NCBI GenBank assembly: GCA_037968995.1
Contig: JBBKWP010000363.1
Span: 5,219-69,218, forward strand
Direction: 5' to 3'
Length of the DNA: 64,000 nt
Source of the DNA: Candidatus Xenobia bacterium
GTDB taxonomy: Bacteria; Vulcanimicrobiota; Xenobia; Xenobiales; JADMJV01
Shown here: positions 1 through 9,561 of the stretch, in pieces
Layout of the letters: each line of letters starts with the position of its first letter
Position numbering within the stretch: position 1 is the stretch's first letter
The notes under the pieces: generated by a model
What the model was told of the DNA's origin: nothing
Database searches by the model: none
Seen by the model: only the letters and a program-made list of their open reading frames with translations
Made by a program: the position numbers and the translations under genes

Positions 1-2510
1 AGCACAACATCCGTCAATTCCGTCAGTTTTGCGACATCGTTCATCGACCCCAATGCGCCGTGCAGGGCTCTCATCTGATTCATAAGCTGTTGGCGACCTT
101 GGGGGTCGGCACTGAGAGCCTCTTTGGCCCGCACTTCAGGTTGTCCGGTTCGCGCCTCCGCTGTGACTTGCGACGCCAGCTCCCTAGGGGTTGGAAGACT
201 GGGTTTCGCTTCTGCGGCGGGGGTTTCACCAATCGGAACGGGAGGTTTGGGGGGCATGGATAGCGGGTCGGGCCGCACGAAGGCGGGCGTAGATGACGGT
301 CTTAAGGGAACAGGACGGATCGGTCGCTCCGAGGCGCCGACGGGATCCACATCGATGGATACGGGGGGTCTCGTTCCACTCGAAGGCTGGGTGACGCTGG
401 GCGGAGGCGTCATGCCGGGGGCCGGCATGATACTGGGCGGAGGCATGATGCTGGGCGGCGGAGCGGTGCTCGGCGAAGGTGTAGTGTTTTGTGGCGATGT
501 AATGCTTGGCGCAACATCAGTTGGCTTACGGGGAGGAAGGTCGCTATCGCCGCCTCCACCATGGCCGTTTTGACTGGTCGAGCGGCTCGCACCGAGCATA
601 GGCTTACTGATAAAATTTTCTTTGAGATTTCCGGAGAGGCGGTTTTGATGTCCAAGCTTCGACCCGAAAATGGTCGTGGCTTTTTTCCCTCCGAGTGTGT
701 CTTTCATTTTGAGACCACGCCCGGAAACGGCCGTCACGTTACGACCGCCCTTGATCCCCTTTTGAGCTTTCTGTTCTTCCAGAAGTTCGCTTGCCGGACG
801 AAGATTTTCGTCAGCTCTTTCTAAAACTTTTAGCCAACGCCAGGGCTCGAAGTGGGGTGCGAAGCGCGGCTCCGTGCCCGCGTTGGTGTGAACCACCACC
901 GCAGTGTGACTGTTGGATAATCCGTAGTCTTCCGACAAAGTTCGCACGACATTGCGAAGAATACTTCGCTCAGCGCGGTCGAGCATACGGGCTTCATCGT
1001 CGAGTTCGCAGGATTTCACTTGAGCCCAGACGACAGGGAGAACCTTGTGAGAGATCTCCTTTAGCTCGACCTGCTCACTCCAGGAAACGCCCTGAGACGA
1101 CTTGCCGCCGGCTTCCACTCCCCCGGGGCCCGTATGAAGCCCGAGAATGTTGATGGGACGAAACCCGGAAAGTCCGCTGGGATACTTGGGTGTCAGGCTG
1201 TCTCCTTGAAATCCGAGTCCTCGGTCCTGAATCCCGACAACATCGAGTACCGGTTGGCGAGTCTCCTCTAAAAGACGCTCAGCGACTCGGGAGACGGATT
1301 CCTCATTGAGCGAGCGAAAGGCCCGACCCCCTGTGGCCTTGGAAGCGGCTCGCGCAAAGTGTGGATCGGCTTTTCGTCCCAAGAGGACGGGAAAGACTCT
1401 GAGACTTTCTCGCGACCCTTGGATCAGTCGGTAGAGTTCGGGCTCATTGCCTAGTCGTCCAGCCGTGACCAGCACGATCGAGAGGACACTGTCTGGCTGC
1501 CTGGGCAGTTTGACCACTCGCTCAAGCAGTTTCTTGAGGTCTGCGACGCCGCCAAAAGTGTAGTCCTTGAACCAACTGAGGGCCTCAGCCACCTGTGAAG
1601 TCTCAACAAAGTCACCGCTTTTAAAACCGGCCACGTCACGATTGAAGGTCACTAAGGCGAAGCTATCTTTGGAATCGAGACCTTGAAGGACCTGAGAGAT
1701 ACACGCGTAGCAGCGATCCTTCCCGACATTTTTCATCTCCTCTGAGCCGTCCACCAAAAAGACCAGGCGTCGCGGTAGACTTGGGGTTTCTACGGATGGA
1801 GGTAAAAAATTGAGCAGAAAGTGTCGACCGTGGCCACGCAGCCATGCTTTCGGCTTGGACCCGCTCCAAAGTTGATAATCGAGGACAAAGTCCCGAGACT
1901 CCAACTGTTTGCTGCGGTCGAGCTCAATGGCCAGATCTCCGTTGCTTTGGGTGGCCATTGCGCACGGATGGGAGCTTGAGATTCGCCCTGGTTGAAGATC
2001 GGACGTTTCCATCAGGATGGAGACTGCAACCTGAGCCCCCCGCTCCAGCCCGCTGGCTAAGGAGTAGCTACCGATGTCGTCTGCCTCAAGAGTCGTGAGC
2101 GCGCGAGAGGTCAAAAACGGAAGTCGGAAGGAGAACCCTTTCCCCTCCTCGCCACATTCTGGGACGAAGCAGGCAGACAAGATCTGGAAAGTGATTTCAG
2201 AGCCTGCTGCCACCGTTCCTAGAGGGATGGCCAGAACCCGTTCTGTTTCCGTCTGAAAAAGACGAGCCAACGAGATCGGAAGGTTGTCGCGTATCTGGTC
2301 GTCGGGTTGATCCTGCGGATTGGGAGCCACTTGGGTTTCCAATTGAAAATCACCGTGCTTGACACGGACCTTTATCGGCGTAGAGCTATAGTCTAGGGGA
2401 TAGAGAAAATAGGCGACTTGCTCTTGAGCCGTCGGATTGATGAACGTGAGAAACGCTTCCACGGCCCCGGTCGGACCCGAAAGCCGAATGCGGTAGCCGA
2501 GTCGTGTCAT
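1..2510 (-). CDS. vWA-domain protein with VIT-like N-terminal region and Pro-rich C-terminal tail (partial; 3' end runs off the left edge)
   Basis: Absent from the ORF track because it has no stop inside the window. Hand translation of the minus frame (codon starts = 2 mod 3) is open from the in-frame stop at 2697-2699 down to nt 1. All listed minus ORFs here lie in the other two frames. Start is ATG at 2510; alternatives are ATG 2522 and GTG 2600. vWA core: RRLVFLVDGSEEM...FALVTFNRDV...FGGVADL...SIVLVTAGRLG...RVFPVLLGRK...ATGGRAF. The upstream ~230 aa look VIT-like (YRIRLSGPTGAVEAFLTFINP..VAYFLYPLD). The tail is PPPSIMPPPSIMPAPGMTPPPS. Confidence 0.7.
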   Translation of the reverse strand, partial: MTRLGYRIRLSGPTGAVEAFLTFINPTAQEQVAYFLYPLDYSSTPIKVRVKHGDFQLETQVAPNPQDQPDDQIRDNLPISLARLFQTETERVLAIPLGTVAAGSEITFQILSACFVPECGEEGKGFSFRLPFLTSRALTTLEADDIGSYSLASGLERGAQVAVSILMETSDLQPGRISSSHPCAMATQSNGDLAIELDRSKQLESRDFVLDYQLWSGSKPKAWLRGHGRHFLLNFLPPSVETPSLPRRLVFLVDGSEEMKNVGKDRCYACISQVLQGLDSKDSFALVTFNRDVAGFKSGDFVETSQVAEALSWFKDYTFGGVADLKKLLERVVKLPRQPDSVLSIVLVTAGRLGNEPELYRLIQGSRESLRVFPVLLGRKADPHFARAASKATGGRAFRSLNEESVSRVAERLLEETRQPVLDVVGIQDRGLGFQGDSLTPKYPSGLSGFRPINILGLHTGPGGVEAGGKSSQGVSWSEQVELKEISHKVLPVVWAQVKSCELDDEARMLDRAERSILRNVVRTLSEDYGLSNSHTAVVVHTNAGTEPRFAPHFEPWRWLKVLERADENLRPASELLEEQKAQKGIKGGRNVTAVSGRGLKMKDTLGGKKATTIFGSKLGHQNRLSGNLKENFISKPMLGASRSTSQNGHGGGGDSDLPPRKPTDVAPSITSPQNTTPSPSTAPPPSIMPPPSIMPAPGMTPPPSVTQPSSGTRPPVSIDVDPVGASERPIRPVPLRPSSTPAFVRPDPLSMPPKPPVPIGETPAAEAKPSLPTPRELASQVTAEARTGQPEVRAKEALSADPQGRQQLMNQMRALHGALGSMNDVAKLTELTDVV

Positions 2511-2848
2511 GGGACAGCACATCCCGGTCCCAAGATCGGGATTTGAGAACCACACTACTCCTGGCCCGAGCGGGATAAGTCGCTCTCCGTATGAGCGCAC
2601 CCGCTGCAGTCTTTCGGCGAATTTCCCACTCACTCGAAGGGCAGCAATCCTTTCCCGTTTCCAATCGACTTCGTGTCGGCCGGCGACTCTTGAGTCCTAG
2701 CAATGTTCGGAGCCCAAGTTCTGTCGGTTGTCTCCAACTTCAAGATTGGGCTTCGACACCATTTCGCCTGGTCCCTCGGAAACACCGGTGAACTCTTCCC
2801 TTCCGACCCTTAGCCTGGTTCTCCTGGAGGTTAACGGGAAAGACCGGA

Positions 2849-4177
2849 ATGGCTCCGAAGCGGGCGAACATGACGTCGGCTATAGGAAAAACCTTTCGCG
2901 ACCCCGTTCATGGGAGCCTGACCCTTCCGGATCCTCTGATTCTGGATCTGGTCGATACCTTCGAATTTCAAAGGTTGCGTCGTATTCGACAACTCGGCAG
3001 CTGCTTTCTGGTTTTTCACGGGGCCGAGCACAGCCGTTTCCAACACGCTTTAGGAACCATGTGGCTGATGTATTCAGTCCTCGAACGCTGGGAAGTCAGA
3101 GGAAAGCTGGTCTTAGAGCCTCACATAAAAAAGGCTACATTGGCCGCGGCCCTGCTCCATGACATCGGACACGGCCCGTTCTCTCATGCGCTCGAACATA
3201 CGTTCGTGGGACTGAACCACGAGACGCTGGGCTACAAAATCATTTTGGGACCGCTGGCTGAACTTATCCAAAGCCACGGCTGTGATCCGCAAGACGTTGT
3301 CGATCTGTTGAGCGGCGTTTATGAGCAACCGGTGCTCTGTGAACTTCTTTCCGGACAACTCGATGTTGATCGGATGGACTATCTGCAACGGGACAGCCTC
3401 TATACCGGAGTGAAATATGGCCTATTTGACCACGAGAGAATCCTCGACACTTTAGTGCCCCTGCGGTCGACCTTGACTCAAGAGAATCTTTTCGCTCCGA
3501 CCCGCGAGGGCTTGGTTTTGGCGGTCGATAGCAAAGGTGTGTTGGCGGTGGAAGAATTTCTCTTTTCTCGCTACTTTATGTACTGGCAGGTCTATCTTCA
3601 TAGGGCGGTACGCTCGGCTGAACTCCTTTTGCGGTTGATTCTCGAGCGTGCCCGTGAAGTTTTTCAAAGAGACCCCGACCATCTTTGGCTCCCCCCCAAC
3701 TTAGAATTTCTCTTTCTCTACGATCGGCAGGCGTCAAAGGAACCTGACAGCGGTGTGCAAAGTGATTTTCTGGAGAATTTCTTGGGACTCGATGACTTTG
3801 ATCTTTTTCACGCTTTAAAGATGTGGAGGCGTTCCAAGGACGGTGTTCTGGCCGATCTCTCGACCAGGTTTTTGGGACGCCAACTCTTTAAAGGCGTGGA
3901 ACTAGCCCGTCGTCCAGAACTCGCTGGCCAACTGAAAAAACGCGCCCAAGCTCTTCACGGTGAGGCGTGGCACTACTATGTTGCCACGGACGCCATCGAG
4001 TCGGCATCATACGGTATATACCGACCGGGAACAGATCGACCGATTCGAACCTTACTGGCCCCTTCGGGCGGGTGGCAAGAGATTTCAAGAGCAACACACT
4101 CCACAGCGATCCTGGGACTCTCGCAGCAAGCGGCCATGTCTGGTGGCTTTGTGTTTTACGCGCCCGAGTTAATCTAG
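2849..4177 (+). CDS. HD-domain phosphohydrolase, SAMHD1/COG1078-like (putative dNTP triphosphohydrolase)
   Basis: ORF track 442 aa. HD-superfamily motifs in order: RFQHALGT, LLHDIGHGPFSH, DVDRMDYLQRD. Alternative in-frame ATG at 2870. Confidence 0.85.
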   Translation: MAPKRANMTSAIGKTFRDPVHGSLTLPDPLILDLVDTFEFQRLRRIRQLGSCFLVFHGAEHSRFQHALGTMWLMYSVLERWEVRGKLVLEPHIKKATLAAALLHDIGHGPFSHALEHTFVGLNHETLGYKIILGPLAELIQSHGCDPQDVVDLLSGVYEQPVLCELLSGQLDVDRMDYLQRDSLYTGVKYGLFDHERILDTLVPLRSTLTQENLFAPTREGLVLAVDSKGVLAVEEFLFSRYFMYWQVYLHRAVRSAELLLRLILERAREVFQRDPDHLWLPPNLEFLFLYDRQASKEPDSGVQSDFLENFLGLDDFDLFHALKMWRRSKDGVLADLSTRFLGRQLFKGVELARRPELAGQLKKRAQALHGEAWHYYVATDAIESASYGIYRPGTDRPIRTLLAPSGGWQEISRATHSTAILGLSQQAAMSGGFVFYAPELI

Positions 4178-4206
4178 AGCTGATAAGCTGGTGAAGCGCT
4201 TGTAGG

Positions 4207-4719
4207 CTATGGAATCGATTGGTCCACGAAGCGGCCTTGATAGGTGGCTTCTCCTACACAGGTCTCGAAGATAAACTGGCATAGACGGGTTCCGGGATGA
4301 AGTGCCAGCGGGATGCTCGACACATTGCTGATCTCGAGAACTTGATGGTTGTTTATGCCGGGCTGCATAAAGCCGGCGGTGATGTGAACCATCAGGCCGA
4401 GACGGGCAAACCGGCTCCTGCCTTCTAGTCGACCACAAAGAGAGGGGGCCAACTTGATCCGTTCTGTGGTGACTCCCAGCACGGTCTCTCCTGGCATCAG
4501 AACAAAGTGATCGTCGACTTCCACTAGTTGTGTGATCTCCTGAAAGTCTGACGAATCGGTCACGTGATAGATCTTATGAAGCTTTTGAAACACTCGAAAT
4601 TGATGACCTAAATGGAGGTCCACAGACCCGGGTCCAACGTATTCTGGGTTGTACGGGTCTATCTCGATCCGTTTTTCCTCAATGGCCTTGAAAATTTCAT
4701 CTCTCGTCAGAACGCCCAT
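4207..4719 (-). CDS. dcd: dCTP deaminase
   Basis: Motifs GPGSVDLHLG and RLEGRSRFARLGLMVHITAGFMQPG..VLEISN. Start moved to the internal ATG at 4719 (MGVLTRDEI), which is preceded by AGAGG. The track start at 4770 adds 17 non-family residues. Confidence 0.85.
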   Translation of the reverse strand: MGVLTRDEIFKAIEEKRIEIDPYNPEYVGPGSVDLHLGHQFRVFQKLHKIYHVTDSSDFQEITQLVEVDDHFVLMPGETVLGVTTERIKLAPSLCGRLEGRSRFARLGLMVHITAGFMQPGINNHQVLEISNVSSIPLALHPGTRLCQFIFETCVGEATYQGRFVDQSIP

Positions 4720-4787
4720 GAAACCTCTTTCTTTGCTGAACGTTCGAGTTTCGGTCCTGGGAATGGGCACCCTCCCCAGAGAAGGTT

Positions 4788-5483
4788 TTATCCCGCTAGA
4801 GTTATGACTTTAACTCCGTTGAGTTCCAGATGATACAGGAATAGGTCGTGCAAGAGATCTCCGGGATGCGGCAGGGCTCCGATCTGTAGAGCCGTGTCGA
4901 CAGGAAGATCGTAGGTGGCTACGAGGTTCGCGGGAACTACAATGTTCCAGGGGAGATCGGCGCTATTGGCGAGGAATCGCAACCCGGTGGCCAAGTGGTA
5001 GAGACAGAGATCCGTGCAGTCTCCGATACATATAATGGTGCGCAGTTCTTGCTCTTGGAGCCGAACGCTGAGCGGCGTTTGGATGAGACTAGCGACAGAT
5101 CGTTTGTCCATGCGTTCAAAGAGATGAGAAAAATCGAGTTCCCGCAACTCCCGAACCAACTCCGACTCTGGTGTTCCTTGGATGCAGTGAGGAGGAAACG
5201 CTGCAAACTCGCGGCTATTCTTTTGATGCGCATCGCTTGGGAAAAGAAAGTTTTTGATTCCGTGCTGATGGCATGCTTTTAGAAACTTGATGGTAGGAGT
5301 GACCAAAGCGTGGACTCGTGGACTGGCCAGTGATCCAGTGCGACAGAAGCCTTCGAGCAAGTCGACCCCAACAATAGCGGTCGCTTGAGGTCCTCCAGCC
5401 CCATCGATCAGGGTTTCAAGGTTCACGACTGAGCGTTTGGCTTGATGGGATTCTAGCCACGTCCAAAAAGCGGTGTCATTCAT
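4788..5483 (-). CDS. isochorismatase-family cysteine hydrolase (nicotinamidase-like)
   Basis: VGVDLLEGFC...FPSDAHQ...IICIGDCTDLCLYHLA, the typical Asp/Lys/Cys hydrolase pattern. Its ATG overlaps the pilT stop (ATGA at 5480-5483). Confidence 0.7.
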   Translation of the reverse strand: MNDTAFWTWLESHQAKRSVVNLETLIDGAGGPQATAIVGVDLLEGFCRTGSLASPRVHALVTPTIKFLKACHQHGIKNFLFPSDAHQKNSREFAAFPPHCIQGTPESELVRELRELDFSHLFERMDKRSVASLIQTPLSVRLQEQELRTIICIGDCTDLCLYHLATGLRFLANSADLPWNIVVPANLVATYDLPVDTALQIGALPHPGDLLHDLFLYHLELNGVKVITLAG

Positions 5484-6826
5484 AAAAAGTCTAGGTAATC
5501 TCCATCAGGACTTTGCGTCGGTGCCTGGCTGGCCTGTGGTGGCTCCGAAGCGGGACCTGAGCGGGAGAGTCGCCTTTGCTCTCCTGCCAAACGTAGTTCG
5601 GTCTTGCGGTCAGCCACCTGGGTCGCGTCTTGATAGTTGATCAGTCCCCTATCGAGCAACGAAATTAAGGACTGATTGAAGGTCTGCATACCTTCGCTCT
5701 CTCCTCGTTGGATGTATTGATAGATCTCCTGGGTCTGACCGTCAAGAATGTGGGACGCCACGGTGGAGGTATTCATGAGAACCTCCACCGCCGGGATTCG
5801 CCCTCGCCCATCGGTCCTATTGATCAATTTCTGACTAACGACGCCTCGCAAGCAAGAAGCCAACAGGAGTCGAATCTGTTTTTGGGTGTGGCCTTTGAAA
5901 GAATCGACCACTCGGTCAATGGCCTGGACAGTGTTCGGAGTGTGCAGAGTCGACAACACCAAGTGCCCCGTTTCGGCCGCGGTGACTGCGGTCATAATGG
6001 TCTCGGCGTCGCGCATCTCCCCCAGCATGATGACATTTGGGTCTTGTCGTAGCGCTTGCTTGAGGGCCTCCACAAAGGATGTAGTGTCGGTGCCGATCTC
6101 GCGTTGCGAGATGTAAGCGGTGCGGTCGGTATGATGAAACTCGATGGGGTCCTCGATGGTGACGACGTGTACGCGGCGATTATCGTTGATCCAGTCCACC
6201 ACGGAGGCCAAAGTGGTGCTTTTCCCCGATCCCGCCGGGCCAGTGATAAGGACTAGGCCATCCTGCAGGCTCGCAAGACGCTCTAGGACCGGTGGCAGTC
6301 CTAGGTCGTGGAAGGTCGGAACGGAACTGTTGATCATACGAAAGGCCGCGGTCACGTGGCCGCGCTCCAAGAACGCGTTGAGTCTAAATCGAACGCCGAA
6401 GCAGACATACGCATGGTCTACTTCTTGGAGGTGGCTGAGTGGCACTCGCTTTCGCGGCGGGAGACAGGAGAGTACCAGATAGGCACTCTCCTCGGCGGTC
6501 AGGGGACGGTCGCCGATGGGAATCAGCCTGCCTTCGACTCGCACGGTGGGTGGCGAATTCGGTTTTATATGGAGATCGCTGGCACGGTTCTTGATGACCG
6601 TGCGCATCAAATCTTCAAGGCGGAAATTTAGACTGCTTGGCGGTACCATTTCTTCGGAAAGGTCCACTGCGAAGGCGCCCTCTCCTGAGTCCCTTGGGCC
6701 CACGGTCGCACGATGCTCCATACGATGGAGTCGTTCTTCGAGACGTTCTAAACGCTCCTCGAGCCGAGACGCTTTGGGCGGTTCGGGTTCGGAGGTTGTC
6801 GTAGGTGTGCTCAGTAAAGGTTCCAT
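5480..6826 (-). CDS. pilT: PilT-family type IV pilus retraction ATPase with ~75-aa coiled-coil-like N-terminal extension
   Basis: ASDLHIKPNSPPTVRVEGRL, Walker A GPAGSGKSTTLA, VTIEDPIEF, Walker B-type IMLGEMRD, LVLSTLHT. N-terminal RLEERLERLEERLHRMEHR. ATG at 6826 is preceded by GAGGG. Confidence 0.9.
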   Translation of the reverse strand: MEPLLSTPTTTSEPEPPKASRLEERLERLEERLHRMEHRATVGPRDSGEGAFAVDLSEEMVPPSSLNFRLEDLMRTVIKNRASDLHIKPNSPPTVRVEGRLIPIGDRPLTAEESAYLVLSCLPPRKRVPLSHLQEVDHAYVCFGVRFRLNAFLERGHVTAAFRMINSSVPTFHDLGLPPVLERLASLQDGLVLITGPAGSGKSTTLASVVDWINDNRRVHVVTIEDPIEFHHTDRTAYISQREIGTDTTSFVEALKQALRQDPNVIMLGEMRDAETIMTAVTAAETGHLVLSTLHTPNTVQAIDRVVDSFKGHTQKQIRLLLASCLRGVVSQKLINRTDGRGRIPAVEVLMNTSTVASHILDGQTQEIYQYIQRGESEGMQTFNQSLISLLDRGLINYQDATQVADRKTELRLAGEQRRLSRSGPASEPPQASQAPTQSPDGDYLDFL

Positions 6827-6858
6827 ATTCCCTCATTCTTACTCTGTTGTTGAAACCC

Positions 6859-6894
6859 TAGAAAGCTGACCTGGGCTTCCGGGTCGGCTTTCTA
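6859..6894 (-). terminator. possible intergenic stem-loop (13-bp stem including one G-U pair, 10-nt loop) between the lipoprotein gene and pilT
   Basis: tagaaagctgacc / tgggcttccg / ggtcggctttcta pairs by hand. Only a weak T-run follows on the minus strand, so terminator function is uncertain. Confidence 0.25.
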
Positions 6895-6916
6895 AGTTGA
6901 CTCGCCCCTTGGCAGC

Positions 6917-8197
6917 CTAGAGCTTCTCCTCGAAGACGACAATGGCATCCACCAGATCCACCGGGAGCGGAAAGACAGGGTCAACGACCCGACGGATCTC
7001 AAATTCTAGACCGCTGGTCCGGATAGTTCCTTTGTAAACCACACGACCGTCGGCCTGAACGCGCACTTGTCTGAACGTGGGGGTGGGGACGGCTACGGTT
7101 CCGTAGGCCTGTTGAATTTCGTGCAGCATGCTTCCGACGCCGAACCCTTCCGGAAGTCGGAACGCCTCGGACGTTGTACGCACGGACTGCAGTCGCCTGT
7201 CCGTGGAACGGAAGGTAAGTTCGACGCCGGTTGGCTCTTTGGGTTTGGCTACGACGAATTCCTGAGCTTCAGAGAAAATCGGAGGAGAATCAAACTTCAG
7301 GCGATGCTGCAAAATTCGATAGGACATCCCAAGGTTAAACGCTCCGATCGACTGTCCGGGGGTAATGGAGCGCTCGTTGAGGTACTTGGCGCCACTAGTG
7401 AGCTTTTCTCGTTCGACTTTGGCTGCCTCCACCGTTGCCTCTTTGAGGTCGATGTTTTGAAGAATCTGCTGGACTTGTCGGCCTATGGCATCGTCGTCCT
7501 TGATTTTGATAACATCTTGGAGCAACACGTGGCTTCGACTACCGGCCGCCAACTCTCTGCCATCCGAAGCGATATAGGCCCTAGCGAGGGCGAATTTCGC
7601 GGACCGCAGTCCGGGTTTCTCCTCAACCTGCTTTTCGAGAATGCCCGTGATCCTGGATCGTTCGCTCACATCCATGGCACCGAAGTCACGGCCCTCCCAG
7701 TCTTGTCCGGTAGCGTCGTTTGTAAGCAGTACGTCGATCCGCTGCTCGAAGTAGCGACCGTTCCGTCCGTCGACTTTGTCGCGGACTCCCTTGCCCTCGA
7801 GGGCTTGCCCCCACAATCCTGTCGTGCGCCGCACCCCTAGGGGTGCGTCTTGTGGGTCAAACTTCACTCGAACTTGATAGAGACTGAGCCCTGATAGAGT
7901 GGTCAAATCGAAATCGAAATAGAATTTTCCCTTGCGCACCACGGCACTATCTCTAGACAGCACTTGGTCTTCCCGATTTCGAAGCTCAGCCTTCAGGGGC
8001 GAACCTCCAGGAAGATCGGTCTCCCCCTCTACAATCAGAATATGGTCGGCTGTATTAGTGGCCTGAAACTTCATGGAAACAGCGCGGGCCGGCGGTTCTT
8101 CGCACCCGCTCATCAAGGCTGCTGTCGTCGCTGCAATCAGGACCCAACCTTTTTGAGGAAAAGAACGCTTTCTCTTATGTCCGCTGGAGGGCTGCAA
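6917..8197 (-). CDS. lipoprotein of unknown function
   Basis: N-terminus KGWVLIAATTAALMSGC carries a lipobox (LMSG-C). The start is TTG at 8197, six nt after the rpe stop. No family recognised. Confidence 0.65.
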   Translation of the reverse strand: MQPSSGHKRKRSFPQKGWVLIAATTAALMSGCEEPPARAVSMKFQATNTADHILIVEGETDLPGGSPLKAELRNREDQVLSRDSAVVRKGKFYFDFDLTTLSGLSLYQVRVKFDPQDAPLGVRRTTGLWGQALEGKGVRDKVDGRNGRYFEQRIDVLLTNDATGQDWEGRDFGAMDVSERSRITGILEKQVEEKPGLRSAKFALARAYIASDGRELAAGSRSHVLLQDVIKIKDDDAIGRQVQQILQNIDLKEATVEAAKVEREKLTSGAKYLNERSITPGQSIGAFNLGMSYRILQHRLKFDSPPIFSEAQEFVVAKPKEPTGVELTFRSTDRRLQSVRTTSEAFRLPEGFGVGSMLHEIQQAYGTVAVPTPTFRQVRVQADGRVVYKGTIRTSGLEFEIRRVVDPVFPLPVDLVDAIVVFEEKL

Positions 8198-8203
8198 CGC
8201 TTG

Positions 8204-8872
8204 TCAGGACGAAGGTGGGCCCGGCCGCAAGGCCGCAATCGCAGACTTAGGTTCTTGAGCACCAAACAGATAGCTACCTGCTACCAGAAAGTCAGCACCG
8301 GCCTTCTGGCAGAGCGGCCCCGTTTTTGCATTGATTCCACCGTCAACACCCACAACCCACCCGGCATCATACTCGTCGGAAAGTCGTCGGGCGTGAGCGA
8401 TCTTGGGAAGAGTCTCTGAAAGGAATTTTTGACCACCGAAACCGGGATTGACGGTCATGATCAAAAGACTGTCGAGAACCTCGCGCAGATACTCCAAGCC
8501 CACAAGGGGCGTGTGGGGATTGAATGCGAGGCCGGCTTTCATCCCCAACTGTCGAATGCGCTGAAGGGTTCGGTGGAGATTTTGACAGACTTCGACGTGA
8601 ACCGACACTTGGTAGACTTTCAATTCAGCCAATCTTTCCAAGTAATCGTCTGGATTGCTGACCATCAGGTGGACGTCGAGCGCAACACCTGGAAACGATT
8701 CGGCTAAGGCCTGGGTGATGGGAAACCCGAATGAGAGGTTCGGAACAAAGTGGCCGTCCATGAAGTCGAGGTGCAGTAGATCTGCACCTGATTCCAAAAG
8801 TCTCGAAACGTCGTCCGCCATTCGACTGAAGTCACAGGCGAGAACCGAAGGGGCTATCTGAATCTTATTCAA
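8204..8872 (-). CDS. rpe: ribulose-phosphate 3-epimerase
   Basis: IAPSVLACDF, HLDFMDGHFVPNLSFG, DVHLMV, MTVNPGFGGQKF, VDGGIN. Confidence 0.92.
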   Translation of the reverse strand: MNKIQIAPSVLACDFSRMADDVSRLLESGADLLHLDFMDGHFVPNLSFGFPITQALAESFPGVALDVHLMVSNPDDYLERLAELKVYQVSVHVEVCQNLHRTLQRIRQLGMKAGLAFNPHTPLVGLEYLREVLDSLLIMTVNPGFGGQKFLSETLPKIAHARRLSDEYDAGWVVGVDGGINAKTGPLCQKAGADFLVAGSYLFGAQEPKSAIAALRPGPPSS

Positions 8873-8952
8873 TGGAAGAACCTACTTTTCTCTCTATTTT
8901 TTTTCGTGGACGTTCGGTGAGGAGCCTTCAGCAATAGTGCCATGAAGGACGC

Positions 8953-9561
8953 TTATCGGTAGGCCCGACGAACAGTGAGGTGAACTTCTTGCCCTCTTTG
9001 AACCTCTTTGCCAGCCCCTGGGTTTTGCTTAGTGACAGCCTCGTCTTCCTGATAGGAGGGTTCCACAAAACTGACTTTTCCGAGACGCAACTTGGAATTG
9101 GAGAGGGCGATTTTTGCCGATCGAAGCGACTCGCCTTCCAATTTGGGCACGACCATGAGTTCCGGGCCCAGGGAAACGGCCACTAGAACAGTGCGACCTT
9201 CTCTCACTTTTCGACCCGCCGGAGGGTTCTGGCTTAGGACAATCCTTTTAGCGACCTTCTTGTCGTGTCGGGACTCGTGGACCTGAAGCTTGAGACCCTG
9301 CTTTTCAATGGTGTCGTATGCCGTTTTGATTTCCATTCCCACGACCTTGGGGACGTCTTTTTCCGGGGGAATGAGAAAATAGTCGTCATAAATTCGAAGG
9401 CCGAAGACGCTGACAGACCAGATCGTAGCCGACAGTAGTATCATAGCCAATGCCACCGAAAAGAGCTTGCCGGCCCAACTATTTCCTTTCGCGACCAGCG
9501 ATTCCGTAAGTGGGGCCGTCTCAAGAATGTCGTCGTTTTGGCTGGAGGGTTGCTCGCTCAC
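8953..9561 (-). CDS. membrane-anchored protein with two PASTA domains (no kinase or transpeptidase domain)
   Basis: One TM (LFSVALAMILLSATIWSVSVF), then two PASTA-like modules (VPKVVGMEIKTAYDTIEKQGLKLQV and VPKLEGESLRSAKIALSNSKLRLGKV). The GTG start shares 1 nt with the upstream stop (TAGTG). Confidence 0.75.
   Translation of the reverse strand: MSEQPSSQNDDILETAPLTESLVAKGNSWAGKLFSVALAMILLSATIWSVSVFGLRIYDDYFLIPPEKDVPKVVGMEIKTAYDTIEKQGLKLQVHESRHDKKVAKRIVLSQNPPAGRKVREGRTVLVAVSLGPELMVVPKLEGESLRSAKIALSNSKLRLGKVSFVEPSYQEDEAVTKQNPGAGKEVQRGQEVHLTVRRAYR

Noticed and set aside
2849-4719. SAMHD1-like HD dNTPase next to dCTP deaminase as a nucleotide-depletion anti-phage pair
   Set aside because: The two genes are convergent and not co-transcribed. 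dcd is of ordinary housekeeping length, without the extra N-terminal domain reported for defensive deaminases. No other defence or mobile genes are nearby. The adjacency is probably coincidental nucleotide-metabolism clustering.
7067-7840. 257-aa plus-strand ORF
   Set aside because: It is antisense to the 426-aa lipoprotein gene, which has a lipobox and sits in an operon-like position after rpe. No family signal.
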